Notes: generated by a model not told the origin, from the sequence alone. A stretch of DNA of 64,000 bases from Acetatifactor sp. (GCA_045123675.1 JBGVKL010000086.1:29860-93859); one strand, 5' to 3'. Positions 49,264-59,119 are shown, numbered from the stretch's first letter. Numbers and translations are program-made.

Positions 49264-49561
49264 TTATGTACCGGGAAAAGAAATCGAGGCACTTGGTATT
49301 GTAAAAGGAACCGTAGTGCACACCAAAAACGTAGGGCGTGACTTTATGGCTGCCATGAAAACCTTAGTCGGCGGAGAACTGGTAGGTTATACCCAGATGT
49401 TGAACGAGGCCAGACAGATTGCTGTAAAGCGTATGGTGGATGAAGCACAGGCACTGGGCGCCGATGCAATTATTAATATGCGCTATGGTACCTCATCCGT
49501 GATGTCCGGTGCTGCAGAAGTAATTGCTTACGGAACAGCCGTAAAATTAATTGAAAAATAG
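49244..49561 (+). CDS. ybjQ: YbjQ/UPF0145 family protein
   Basis: GRDFMAAMKTLVGGEL.GY, GADAII, EVIAYGTAV. Confidence 0.93.
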   Translation: MKLLNIDYVPGKEIEALGIVKGTVVHTKNVGRDFMAAMKTLVGGELVGYTQMLNEARQIAVKRMVDEAQALGADAIINMRYGTSSVMSGAAEVIAYGTAVKLIEK

Positions 49562-49612
49562 TACCCTTTCTGACATAATATAGTTATATCGACATACAAG
49601 GAGGATTTTCCT

Positions 49613-50452
49613 ATGATCGGAGCATCTACCATTACAGCGGTAGTAATTACCTTATTTATCACCTTAATACTGCCACTTATTATCTACATTGTATATGGTA
49701 TAAAAAGCAAGAACAAAATCGTCTGGTTGGCATGGCTGGCCGGTGCCGCAGGCTTCTTTGTAACACAGATTATTGTGCGAATGCCTGTTATGAGCGTCAT
49801 TCAGCTGGCACTGGGATATGAGGCCTACATGGGCTTTGTAGAGAATAACTATATATTATACTGCTTTATTCTGGCGCTGACTGCTGCCCTGTTCGAATTC
49901 GTCGGACGTTTCGTGGTAGCAAAGCTTTTACAGAAAAATGCATCCTTTACCTGCGGATTTGCCGCAGGCTTGGGACACGGAAGTATTGAGGCCATGGTTA
50001 TCGTGGGTATGACCTATGTAAATAACCTGCTGTATATTCTAATGATTAACAGTGGCGCCTTTGATACAGTAGTAGCGCAGGCAGCAGCCACCGGTGCAGA
50101 TGTAAGTGCTCTGGTTGCACTACCGGAAACCTTTCTATCCACCCCGGTTTTCACTTTCTATCTGGCCGGCTTTGAGCGTGCATTAACCGTTATCGGGCAC
50201 ATTGCCATGAGCTTGATTGTCTGCTACTTTGTTTGGAATAAGCAGGCGCTCAAAGGCTCTCTCATTTGTATCGCATGGCACTTTTCACTGGACTTTATCA
50301 CTCCATTGTTAAGTTCCCTGGCCACTCCTTATTTAGGCAACAAAATATCTACCAATATGAGCTATATTTTATGCTACAGCTTCCTGTCCGTTATGACAGT
50401 AGCAGCAGTGGTTGTTATTCTGAAGTTGCGCAAGAAGTGGAAAACGGCTTAA
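49613..50452 (+). CDS. yhfC: YhfC family intramembrane glutamic/metalloprotease-like protein
   Basis: GAAGFFVTQ..R.P, AALFEFVGR, GLGHGSIEA, ER....GHIAMS, WHFSLD. Confidence 0.85.
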   Translation: MIGASTITAVVITLFITLILPLIIYIVYGIKSKNKIVWLAWLAGAAGFFVTQIIVRMPVMSVIQLALGYEAYMGFVENNYILYCFILALTAALFEFVGRFVVAKLLQKNASFTCGFAAGLGHGSIEAMVIVGMTYVNNLLYILMINSGAFDTVVAQAAATGADVSALVALPETFLSTPVFTFYLAGFERALTVIGHIAMSLIVCYFVWNKQALKGSLICIAWHFSLDFITPLLSSLATPYLGNKISTNMSYILCYSFLSVMTVAAVVVILKLRKKWKTA

Positions 50453-50474
50453 ACCGTAAAATCAATATATATGC

Positions 50475-50521
50475 AAAACACCACCCGAAAGCATCATTTA
50501 CACTTCCGGATGGTGTTTTTT
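50475..50521. terminator. Probable bidirectional terminator between yhfC and the convergent gene
   Basis: AAAACACCACCCGAAAG...CTTCCGGATGGTGTTTTT imperfect inverted repeat with a T-tract. Confidence 0.65.
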
Positions 50522-50527
50522 ATTACA

Positions 50528-50878
50528 TTATACTTTTTCTCTCTCAAAATACTCAATTATCTCCAGACTCGTTCCGCAATAAGGACATTTCGCAATATTC
50601 CACGGATTGGAACGGCCGATAAATTTATTACAATGCGGGCAGCAAATTCTGGGAATACCGAGAACACACCACAGAATCCATGCCACAAAAAGAGCCGCCA
50701 GTACGCCCACACCTATTACAACCGCTATTTTAGAATCACCAAACGCACCCAGACCGCAACCCCATAAGAGCATGGCACCCAACAATCCATACAAACCAAT
50801 ATAAAAATTTTTCAATCGTTTACGAAAAGCCTTATTTTTTTCTATTCTCTCCTGTGCAGCTTCATAGTTCCCGTTCAT
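50528..50878 (-). CDS. Small membrane protein with C-terminal zinc ribbon
   Basis: Two TM helices, then CPHC...CPYC. Confidence 0.65.
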   Translation of the reverse strand: MNGNYEAAQERIEKNKAFRKRLKNFYIGLYGLLGAMLLWGCGLGAFGDSKIAVVIGVGVLAALFVAWILWCVLGIPRICCPHCNKFIGRSNPWNIAKCPYCGTSLEIIEYFEREKV

Positions 50879-51001
50879 CCTAATTTCCCCCTTACCTTTA
50901 AACATTCTGTTTCCTGCCTTCAAAAGTACCACCTAGCGTCATTATATACTTTTCTTTTCAGCAGTACAAGTTTGAATAGGAATATTTAATAATTTTTCCT
51001 C

Positions 51002-51049
51002 TTGCTTTTTGCAGCTTTATAAAGTATGATTGGTATAACTAATCATACT
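51002..51049 (+). promoter_or_regulatory. Sigma-A promoter with an overlapping palindromic operator
   Basis: TTGCTT-N17-TATGAT; dyad AGTATGATTGGT-ata-ACTAATCATACT (51023-51049) covers the -10 box and start site. Confidence 0.7.
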
Positions 51050-51098
51050 GTACAAACATGATTCAGCTATATATACAACAAATACAGGAGGTAATCAC

Positions 51099-51320
51099 AT
51101 GAATATTCCCGATGGTAAATACGCCTGGATGGTTAAAATAGGTGAAAAAGGACAATTTGTCATTCCCAAGGAAGCAAGAGATATGTTTGATTTGCAGCCG
51201 GGAAGTGAGATTTTAGTATTAGGAGATACTAAACGAGGCATAGCCATTCTGCCCAAGGCAATGCAAAGTGAATATATCGCCAGAATTTTCTCCGAATTTA
51301 ATGACAATGAGGAGGTGTAA
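51099..51320 (+). CDS. AbrB/MazE/SpoVT family DNA-binding protein
   Basis: VKIGEKGQFVIPKEARDMFDLQPG; AGGAGG RBS. Confidence 0.9.
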   Translation: MNIPDGKYAWMVKIGEKGQFVIPKEARDMFDLQPGSEILVLGDTKRGIAILPKAMQSEYIARIFSEFNDNEEV

Positions 51321-51323
51321 GAA

Positions 51324-52496
51324 ATGAGTAAAATCGTTTTTTTCTGCATCCCTGCCCATGGTCACACCAATCCAACCTTAGGTGTGGTACGCGAACTGGT
51401 TAACCGTGGACATGAAGTCTTGTATTATTCATATAACGTAATGCGTGAAAAAATCGAGTCCGCAGGTGCCACCTTTGTTTCCTGCGATGATTATGATATG
51501 GAACAGAAGCTAGACCCTAAGGATGCAGTCCGTGTGGGTAAGGATTTGGCTTTCTCCACCAATCTTTTGGTGGAAACCACCTTGTCTTTGGATGAACACG
51601 TATTGGAGGACATGAAGCAGATGCAGCCGGATTGTATCGTAGCCGATTCCATGGCCGTATGGGGCAAAGCTATTGCATTGAAGCTGGGCATTCCCTTCGT
51701 ATCCTCTACCACTACCTTTGCCTTTAACCGGTACTCAGCCCAAATTATGAAACAGGGGCTGGGCGATTTATTTAAGATGATTTTCTCTATGGGTAAGATT
51801 AATAAGGATATTAAGCGTTTGCAGGACAAGGGGTACCCTATCAAAAGTGTCTTGGACATTATTCAGAATGACGAAAATACCCACACCGTGGTTTATACTT
51901 CCCCACAATTCCAGCCCTGTGCAGAAACCTTTACGGACAAATACGCCTTCGTGGGTCCCTCTATCCGACCTGCTACAAGTGAAATCATAAAAGCAAAAGA
52001 CAAATTGGTTTATATCTCCATGGGCACCGTAAATAACGACATGCTACCCTTGTATAAGGAATGTATCAATGCCTTTGCCGAAACAGATTATCAAGTCATC
52101 ATGTCTGTAGGCAATCTGGTTTCCATGGATGCATTTGGCAAGCTGCCGGCAAATGTATCTGTTTATCCAAGTGTTGACCAGATAGCGGTCTTGGAAAAAG
52201 CCGACGCATTCTTAAGCCACTGCGGCATGAACAGCGTCAATGAAAGCCTGTACTTCTGTGTACCGCTTGTAATGCTGCCACAAACTCCTGAGCAGGGAGG
52301 CGTAGCCACACGCGTAGAACAGGTAGGCGCCGGTATCCGATTAGGAAAGGCAGATGCCACATCTATCCTAAATGCAGTGAATACTGTTTTGAACGATGCA
52401 ACCTATCAGAAAAACGCAACTGCGATTTCCGATGGATTCAAAGCATGTTCCGGCGCCAAAGGTGCTGCGGATAAGATTTTGAGCGTGTGTCGATAA
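51324..52496 (+). CDS. GT1 glycosyltransferase, MGT/macrolide family
   Basis: PAHGHTNPTL, YISMGT, Q..VL..AD.FLSHCGMNSVNESL, P...EQ. Confidence 0.9.
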   Translation: MSKIVFFCIPAHGHTNPTLGVVRELVNRGHEVLYYSYNVMREKIESAGATFVSCDDYDMEQKLDPKDAVRVGKDLAFSTNLLVETTLSLDEHVLEDMKQMQPDCIVADSMAVWGKAIALKLGIPFVSSTTTFAFNRYSAQIMKQGLGDLFKMIFSMGKINKDIKRLQDKGYPIKSVLDIIQNDENTHTVVYTSPQFQPCAETFTDKYAFVGPSIRPATSEIIKAKDKLVYISMGTVNNDMLPLYKECINAFAETDYQVIMSVGNLVSMDAFGKLPANVSVYPSVDQIAVLEKADAFLSHCGMNSVNESLYFCVPLVMLPQTPEQGGVATRVEQVGAGIRLGKADATSILNAVNTVLNDATYQKNATAISDGFKACSGAKGAADKILSVCR

Positions 52497-52536
52497 TATT
52501 CTCAAACATATAACTCACATAATATACGAAGCAACA

Positions 52537-52579
52537 GAAAAGGTACGAGTCACACAAATATGTGCAACTCGTACCTTTC
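52537..52579. terminator. Probable bidirectional terminator between convergent genes
   Basis: AAAGGTACGAGT...ACTCGTACCTTT, 12-bp perfect arms. Confidence 0.7.
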
Positions 52580-52581
52580 AC

Positions 52582-53967
52582 TTACTTTTTAATCATCTCA
52601 TACACATCTCTGGTCTCTTCATCATCAAAACCACTGATATAATACGTTTCCAGCGAAGTTTCAATCCGGATAAATACCGTATTCTGCGGATTCAGGAATA
52701 CTTCACAGCTTTTTCCTTCTTCCTTTATTCGGTAACTTCCCTTCCTAATTTCCTCCATGCTGGTGCCATGATTTCGTGACATCTTGGGAAGCTCTGTCAA
52801 AAGCTCCACTTCTTTTATGCTAATCATGGGAATTACATACTCCTCCCGCAAGTGCTCGGCAATCACCTTATTCCCCTCCACACTCAGCTGTATGGGTGTA
52901 AACTCCAGCATTAGTATCCACACATTTAATACCGGAATCTGCAAAAGTAACAAAATCATCACCGCTACAAAACCCTTTCCGAACGGTGTTGCCATGTTTA
53001 CCGTAGTTCCCATACCTCCAACACGCTTTTCTACCATGGAATGCTTATCCTTTGGATTATAATAAATAAGTCCCCAAATCCAATGATCCTCATCCTCTGT
53101 AGCATCCAAATCCGTTTTGTCCTGATACTTCTTATCCAAGGATGACAACTTCCTTATTAACCACAAGAGCAGCCCAAAAGTGGCCACGATATACACAATC
53201 GTTGAAACCGTAAACACTGCACCAAATCTGCCGTCTTTATCCAGTGCAAAGAGCATACAAATCATATACGCTACATTTACCCATGCACATGTCACCCACA
53301 AATTTTTCCACAAATTCTTCTTGGCACGGCTGTAATTAATATTCACATCGCTGTCACTGCTGATAATCTGCGTTTTTTGCTTATCCATCCAAATTGCCGC
53401 CAGCCAAAACAGGAAAGAAATTCCTGCAAAGCTTCCCTGTAGGATGCACATTACCGGCTCTTTTCCCTCCGGACAATACAACATTGCTACTACAAAAAGT
53501 ACTACACTAAGCAGGCACTGTGGCAGAAAATGATACCACTTTACTCTACGAATATTTCCTGCTTCTTTTAACTCCACATATACCGGAATGTCCTTTGCTT
53601 CCTTCCAACCCTTTTCCATCTTTAATTCTTTCAGCTTTGTATTTGCCACACCCATGGGAATAAAAAATGCAAAAATCGACACCATCATCCAACTCAGCCA
53701 AAGGCTCATAAACACTGAAAACCAGGGTATAAATATCATAGGAATGGGTATGAGCATTAATACAATAAACCAGTTGCGCATCTGCTTATTGTATGTCTTG
53801 CAAATTTCCTCTACCTCCGGCGCTTTCTGTTGCTCTTTCGTCAGCTTTACCCCAAAATACCAATCCTTTTTTGGCGCCGCATCATTTTTTAACAACGCAT
53901 ACATAATCAACACAAAGGGATATAAGCACACAACCATAATCAGATTAATTCCCATCGCTTCGCCCAT
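52582..53967 (-). CDS. DUF5808 domain membrane protein with C-terminal bPH-like domain
   Basis: DEDHWIWGLIYYNPKD...VEKRVG.MGTTVNMA signature; multi-TM. Confidence 0.8.
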   Translation of the reverse strand: MGEAMGINLIMVVCLYPFVLIMYALLKNDAAPKKDWYFGVKLTKEQQKAPEVEEICKTYNKQMRNWFIVLMLIPIPMIFIPWFSVFMSLWLSWMMVSIFAFFIPMGVANTKLKELKMEKGWKEAKDIPVYVELKEAGNIRRVKWYHFLPQCLLSVVLFVVAMLYCPEGKEPVMCILQGSFAGISFLFWLAAIWMDKQKTQIISSDSDVNINYSRAKKNLWKNLWVTCAWVNVAYMICMLFALDKDGRFGAVFTVSTIVYIVATFGLLLWLIRKLSSLDKKYQDKTDLDATEDEDHWIWGLIYYNPKDKHSMVEKRVGGMGTTVNMATPFGKGFVAVMILLLLQIPVLNVWILMLEFTPIQLSVEGNKVIAEHLREEYVIPMISIKEVELLTELPKMSRNHGTSMEEIRKGSYRIKEEGKSCEVFLNPQNTVFIRIETSLETYYISGFDDEETRDVYEMIKK

Positions 53968-54344
53968 TACAAATCCCTCCTGCCAGCAAAATACTTGTCT
54001 ACTACCTCCACAAAGGCATCCCTGCTTATACCACGGATACGCGCCTCCGAAATCAACTGTTTCAATTGCTCCTTTGCTTCTGCAGAAAGCTCCGGCGTCA
54101 GGCTGAAGCTCTCCTTCACCCGCACACCGTTTCTGCGGTCCGTCATAATGTACCCCTCCTGCTTCAGGAGCTGGTACGCTTTATTGACCGTCATGGAATT
54201 AATACCGATTTCCTCCGCCAGTGCCCGCACCGTTGGCAACTTCTCCCCCGGCTTTAGTCTCCCATCAGAAATCCCCATCACTATTTGATTACGAATTTGT
54301 TTAAATACCGGCACCTCTGAGCCGTCCTGTAAAATAATAATCAT
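53967..54344 (-). CDS. GntR family regulator, YtrA subfamily
   Basis: PVFKQI, LKPGEKLPTVRALA...INSMTVNKAY..L; short C-terminal domain. Confidence 0.92.
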   Translation of the reverse strand: MIIILQDGSEVPVFKQIRNQIVMGISDGRLKPGEKLPTVRALAEEIGINSMTVNKAYQLLKQEGYIMTDRRNGVRVKESFSLTPELSAEAKEQLKQLISEARIRGISRDAFVEVVDKYFAGRRDL

Positions 54345-54359
54345 GTACACTCACCCCTT

Positions 54360-54398
54360 TGTATTATTCATCATAATACAAACAATACAGAATTGCAA
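54360..54398 (-). promoter_or_regulatory. Promoter with YtrA-type operator
   Basis: Minus strand TTGCAA-N17-TATGAT, overlapped by dyad TGTATTAT-N5-ATAATACA (54360-54380). Confidence 0.7.
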
Positions 54399-54441
54399 GA
54401 CCATCCTGAAAAGATTTGTAATTACTTATAAGACACCATGC

Positions 54442-54471
54442 AAAAAGGAACCTCGCTCACGAGATTCCTTT
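54442..54471 (-). terminator. Intrinsic terminator after the esterase/DUF3237 pair
   Basis: AAAGGAACCTCG-ctca-CGAGATTCCTTT with a T-tract on the minus strand. Confidence 0.75.
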
Positions 54472-54476
54472 ACAAT

Positions 54477-54855
54477 TTACCCTATCTTACAAATATGTAT
54501 AATTACCAAATCTTCCTCAAAGCTCAAACTCCCTGTAAACTCCGCCTCTTCCATCCATGCTAAAGCCTTGCTGTCTGTCACAATCACCGGCTTCGTTATT
54601 ACTACCGTTATTTTCAATAAACAGGCGACACTTATTACCTTCACAATCCTCACCCTCTAACATATACCGGGCAGACAGATTCATGGGCGTCCCTACCGCT
54701 CCCCGCTGTAAATCAATCCCATGGGGCATAATCACACCTTTGAAATATTTACTCTCGGCATGACCGCTGAAGTGCAACATATTTACATTTGTCTTCTGAC
54801 CATTTACCGTAAAAGACTCCTCTATCTTCACATACACGCGCAAAATTTCTTCCAT
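54477..54855 (-). pseudogene. DUF3237-like protein, frameshifted near 54600
   Basis: First frame reads LSARYMLEG..C..FIENNG; the shifted frame continues ITKPVIVTDSKALAWMEEAEFTG...* to TAA at 54477. Total span is 379 nt (3n+1). Confidence 0.65.
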
Positions 54856-54880
54856 GAAAGTTCACCTACTTTCCAAACTA

Positions 54881-55699
54881 CTATACAAACAATTCCTTCA
54901 CAAAATTATAAAAGCTCTTACCTACCACATTAAAGTCATGCCCGCCGGGTAACACATACCACACATGCTCCACGCCGTTTGCATCTAGCTGTTCATGATA
55001 ACTCACCGGATGTCCCTTTACTACACAGTCCTCATCGCCGGCAGTAATCATTACCAAAGTCTTACCTACATACTCCTTCTGCACCCTAAACTCTTCCCTT
55101 TTGTATAGTCCTTCCTCTGTTACATTGTTCAGCGTATATCCAAACAAACCCGGTGCCGGACAAAAGGCTCCTACATAGCCAAAAGTATCCTGAAGTTTAA
55201 GTCCCAGATGCAAAGCCACTCGTCCACCCATGGAAAAGCCTGCAATAGCGGTATTCTCCCTACCGGTCTTTACCGAATAATGACTCTCAATATAAGGTTT
55301 TAAATCCTTCTGAAACTCATTATAAAAGTTGTTAAATGCCTCATAATTATTTATAGAAAACTCATCCTTCGGGTTGGCTTCATCATTCATTCTGGCACGA
55401 CAATTAGGCATAACAAAAATCATCTCTGCGCCCTTACCCTGCGCCAATAAATTGCCCAGAATCACATCTACCTTGCCTTCATAATGCCACTGAGTGTGGT
55501 CCTGTCCCAATCCATGGCAAAGATAAACCACCGGGTACTTCTTCTCTTCTGTATAATTGGGCGGCAACGCAATGGTCACATCCCTTTCCTTACCCACTGT
55601 GGTAGAAAAGTAGCGAATGGTCTGTATCTCTCCATATGCCACACCTTCTTTTCTCTCTTTATAATCCTCCGGTACGTTGTTGTATGAGTTCTGAATCAT
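54881..55699 (-). CDS. Carbohydrate esterase family 1-like alpha/beta hydrolase (feruloyl/acetyl esterase type)
   Basis: LPPNY...YPVVYLCHG, AIAGFSMGG nucleophile, GDED, GGHDF. Confidence 0.85.
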   Translation of the reverse strand: MIQNSYNNVPEDYKERKEGVAYGEIQTIRYFSTTVGKERDVTIALPPNYTEEKKYPVVYLCHGLGQDHTQWHYEGKVDVILGNLLAQGKGAEMIFVMPNCRARMNDEANPKDEFSINNYEAFNNFYNEFQKDLKPYIESHYSVKTGRENTAIAGFSMGGRVALHLGLKLQDTFGYVGAFCPAPGLFGYTLNNVTEEGLYKREEFRVQKEYVGKTLVMITAGDEDCVVKGHPVSYHEQLDANGVEHVWYVLPGGHDFNVVGKSFYNFVKELFV

Positions 55700-55837
55700 C
55701 CGTCTTTACCCCCTGCTTCTTTATTCTTTAACATTTTTCATACTTTGGCAAAAATATTATTTTTACATCCATCTATGATATATTTTGACTAAGAAGCAAT
55801 TTTAAGTCAACTCATATCTTGCTAAAATAATATTAAT

Positions 55838-56515
55838 TTATGGCATATATCTTCGATACATCTCTATTATCTTTCCATCTTCAATTACAATGCTGGTGTT
55901 GTCCGGTACAAAATGATATACAATACCTGCCTTATCGGTCAGGAAATCACCGGGATAATACATAACTTCTCCCTTATCCAAATCGGAGCTGTCATAGAAT
56001 CTCATATCCGCCGATACTCGGATTGTAAACTCACCCAACTCGTAATAGGACTTTGCATCGCTATATCCGCTTTCGTACCAGATGGTTGTATCATCTGTTC
56101 CAAATTCATAACCGCCATTATCCAGACCGCCATTAATAAGAAGTCCTCTTTCATTTCTTTCAATTGAAGCAATCTTCACTTCCTGCCCTCTTATTACAAT
56201 GGTATCCCCTTCTTTTAAAGCAGCCATATCTACCATGTCATACAAATCATAAGTGTAAACTGTTACATCCATCTGCATAGCACCGGTATCATCCACATAG
56301 GCATCACCTTGTTCCAAAGATACCGCCAGTGTACAATTATCTAAATTATTAACGTCAACAGAAACCGGAAGCGGCAAAATAGTATTATTGACTTCTGTTT
56401 CGTCAACTACTGTTTCACTTTCTGCACTATTTTCTTTCTCCTTTGTTGCACCACACCCAATCATGGAAGTACATAAAATAATGCTACATACCACTAATAA
56501 CATCTTCTTTCTCAT
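55838..56515 (-). CDS. Hypothetical lipoprotein
   Basis: Signal peptide with lipobox MIGC; AGGAGG RBS. Confidence 0.7.
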   Translation of the reverse strand: MRKKMLLVVCSIILCTSMIGCGATKEKENSAESETVVDETEVNNTILPLPVSVDVNNLDNCTLAVSLEQGDAYVDDTGAMQMDVTVYTYDLYDMVDMAALKEGDTIVIRGQEVKIASIERNERGLLINGGLDNGGYEFGTDDTTIWYESGYSDAKSYYELGEFTIRVSADMRFYDSSDLDKGEVMYYPGDFLTDKAGIVYHFVPDNTSIVIEDGKIIEMYRRYMP

Positions 56516-56555
56516 AACACTTCATCCTCCTTTTTAGTAATATTATCTGCTTAAC

Positions 56556-58046
56556 CTATGTTTCTTTTTTCTGTTTTTTATCTTCATACATGGTACTATC
56601 CGCTCTACGGAACACATCCATATATTCCTTGTCTGTTTCCGGATTATATACCGCCATTCCAATAGCCATTTGCAAATTCAATTCTTCACAATTATTTTGA
56701 CGATTATAGCCTTCTATTGTTTCTTCAAATAGTAAAATTCGTTCATTCGCACATTCTGTTTTCATATCGGAGCATACAATTGCAAATTCGTCGCCACCTA
56801 TTCGGTAAATGGAATCACTTCCCCATACCTTTTTTAGAATAGCAGCTCCGTTTTGTATCAGTTTATCTCCATATTCATGTCCATATGTATCATTCACCTT
56901 TTTTAAATCATTAATATCAACAACTGCAATCAGAAAATTAATTTGTTCCCCATCTCTTATCTGCTTAGATAACAAATCAACGCACTCATTATATGCAGTT
57001 TTATTCCCCACTTGTGTCATTGCATCAGTATATATCAGTTTTACGATCACTTTTGTAAACCAAACTGTCACTGCAACCAACCCTGACATTATAAGCAATA
57101 TCATCAAAAGAGAGTCTATTAACGTTTTTTGCTGTGGTTGCTTTATCTCCTGCTCTGCAACACATACTGCAAAAATCATCCCATTTCGCAATTTTTGCGC
57201 AGCCATTTTTTTATCTATATCATTCCAGTGATAGGTTTCTACACTCTGCGTCTCTACTGACAATATACTTTTCTCATAAAGATATGTGTGTTGCATATTA
57301 AACTCTTCCGAAATGGTATTTCCTTTCATGTCAGGATGATATACAAACTTACCTTCATTATCCATCAAGAAAGCATATCCCGTATCATACACCACAACAT
57401 TCTTTGTATTCTCATATAAGAAATTTGTAGAGATATCCATACCCACTACGCCAATAACTTTCTTATCCAAAATAATCGGAATAACATACGAAATGATTTC
57501 TTCATTCATATTTTGGTTAAAATACGGATTCATCCACGTTTCTTTTCCATTAGATACCGGAATATGATACCACCCAACATGTTCTATATCCCCCTCATCA
57601 TATAGAGAAATATCCGTCATCTCATTTTCTATATAATCACCATTTCCATCCTGTACCAGCCATATTCCCTGCTTTGGTCCTTTTATCGCCGGATCCAAGC
57701 GATAATAAACCGTCACCGCACCATCTGTATACTTGGCGGTTGTCTTCATAAGTTCCAGCATTCTGCTGATATGCTTTAAAAACTGTTCTTCATCCTGCCA
57801 TAGATTATCTGTATTACTATATTGTTCTGTTGCAAAATGATATATCGTATGAACACTTTGTTCGATGTTTAGTAATTTTTCATCTATTACCTGTCTTTTT
57901 TCAGAACACATCAACTGCATAATCTGTCCCGAATTATTTTCTACAATGCGACTATAGTTAGAAATCGAAATCGACATAACTACTAATGCCGGAATCAAAG
58001 TACTACAAATAATGAGTATCAGCAATTTATTCTGTAAAGCTTTCAT
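56556..58046 (-). CDS. Cache-domain sensor diguanylate cyclase
   Basis: TM, dCache (WY, WMNPY, ISY..P, GVVGMD), TM, GGDEF domain (DINDLK.VND.YGH..GD, YRIGGDEF, AD..MY). Confidence 0.92.
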   Translation of the reverse strand: MKALQNKLLILIICSTLIPALVVMSISISNYSRIVENNSGQIMQLMCSEKRQVIDEKLLNIEQSVHTIYHFATEQYSNTDNLWQDEEQFLKHISRMLELMKTTAKYTDGAVTVYYRLDPAIKGPKQGIWLVQDGNGDYIENEMTDISLYDEGDIEHVGWYHIPVSNGKETWMNPYFNQNMNEEIISYVIPIILDKKVIGVVGMDISTNFLYENTKNVVVYDTGYAFLMDNEGKFVYHPDMKGNTISEEFNMQHTYLYEKSILSVETQSVETYHWNDIDKKMAAQKLRNGMIFAVCVAEQEIKQPQQKTLIDSLLMILLIMSGLVAVTVWFTKVIVKLIYTDAMTQVGNKTAYNECVDLLSKQIRDGEQINFLIAVVDINDLKKVNDTYGHEYGDKLIQNGAAILKKVWGSDSIYRIGGDEFAIVCSDMKTECANERILLFEETIEGYNRQNNCEELNLQMAIGMAVYNPETDKEYMDVFRRADSTMYEDKKQKKET

Positions 58047-58116
58047 AATGCACTCCTAAATTAACACAATTATCCACTTTTATTTTATCTCACTTAATAG
58101 GACAAGATGTAGGACA

Positions 58117-58158
58117 AAAAATAGTAGAAAGATTATCTCTAATCTTTCTACTATTTTT
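58117..58158 (-). terminator. 19-bp perfect hairpin after the sortase gene (terminator)
   Basis: AAAAATAGTAGAAAGATTA-tctc-TAATCTTTCTACTATTTTT. Confidence 0.75.
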
Positions 58159-59119
58159 ACTTAATCCTCTTTCCTACAACAACAAACCTTCCATCTTCCA
58201 CATGATACGCACAGCACGAAAGAGTGATAAACTCATCCCCATATTCTGCCGTCACTCCCGTATCATACAGTGACATCTCTTTTATATTGTTGTACCAATC
58301 ATCAAATTCCTCCTGCGTATCTGCCTGAAAGAACATGTAATACTTGAATACATCTTCACTTTGGTAAAAAACCTGTGAATAAAAAACCGCGATCAGCTCA
58401 TACTCTCTTTTCTCATAACGAGAATCGAAACAGATAATATTATGAGATAGTCCATACTCCTTATCCTTATATAATTTCAAGCTACCAAACATCTGTCCGG
58501 ACTTCATGGTATGTCCGTGAATGATAAGGTTAGTAGACGGCACGGAACCATTGATATACTCCTGGTCTATTGTACCAATTCCCGCATTTGAATCATTATC
58601 CAGAATCAGACAACCATTTTTGTTTTCTTCCTTATAAAAATCACGTGATAAATAGTAATTTTCATCCTCTGCACACTGCATTACCGGATAATCAATGACT
58701 GTGTCTTCTATCCTAAGCCAACCTATAAAATCTTCATTTTGTTGCCACAACACTTCATATTCCGGCAACATTATAGGACTGATCTCCTCAACCGAATTTA
58801 TACTTATTTCGGGAGTCACAGTATTTTCCTGTATTGTCTCAGCACTTTCCTGTGTGATCCCCGTACTTTCCTGTGTTGTCTCAGTACTTTCCGTTGCCAT
58901 CTGCATGTCTTTTTGTAATGTGGTTTGTTGATTTTCCAGTTCCTTATCAGCTTCTATTTCTGAAAGATAGATTACTACAAACCATACCATTGATAAAGAA
59001 AATACAATGACAAAAATAATCCGAATTTTCTGTTGAAAAACAGACCATAAAGGCAGGTGGAAACCACCACCTGCCTTCTGTCCGGTATCAACAGATTTCT
59101 CTCTGTGAAATAATTTCAT
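58157..59119 (-). CDS. srtB: Class B sortase
   Basis: N-terminal TM, GWLRIEDT.IDYPVMQ, NYYL, IIHGH, MFG.L, TLSCC, GRFVV; linker with 7-aa TQES repeats. Confidence 0.9.
   Translation of the reverse strand: MKLFHREKSVDTGQKAGGGFHLPLWSVFQQKIRIIFVIVFSLSMVWFVVIYLSEIEADKELENQQTTLQKDMQMATESTETTQESTGITQESAETIQENTVTPEISINSVEEISPIMLPEYEVLWQQNEDFIGWLRIEDTVIDYPVMQCAEDENYYLSRDFYKEENKNGCLILDNDSNAGIGTIDQEYINGSVPSTNLIIHGHTMKSGQMFGSLKLYKDKEYGLSHNIICFDSRYEKREYELIAVFYSQVFYQSEDVFKYYMFFQADTQEEFDDWYNNIKEMSLYDTGVTAEYGDEFITLSCCAYHVEDGRFVVVGKRIK

Noticed and set aside
51099-52496. MazEF-type toxin-antitoxin system
   Set aside because: The partner gene is a full GT1 glycosyltransferase, not a toxin fold.
58047-58158. 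c-di-GMP riboswitch ahead of the GGDEF gene; TAGGACAA direct repeat
   Set aside because: No GEMM motifs. The hairpin is explained as a terminator, and two 8-mers are too weak to call.
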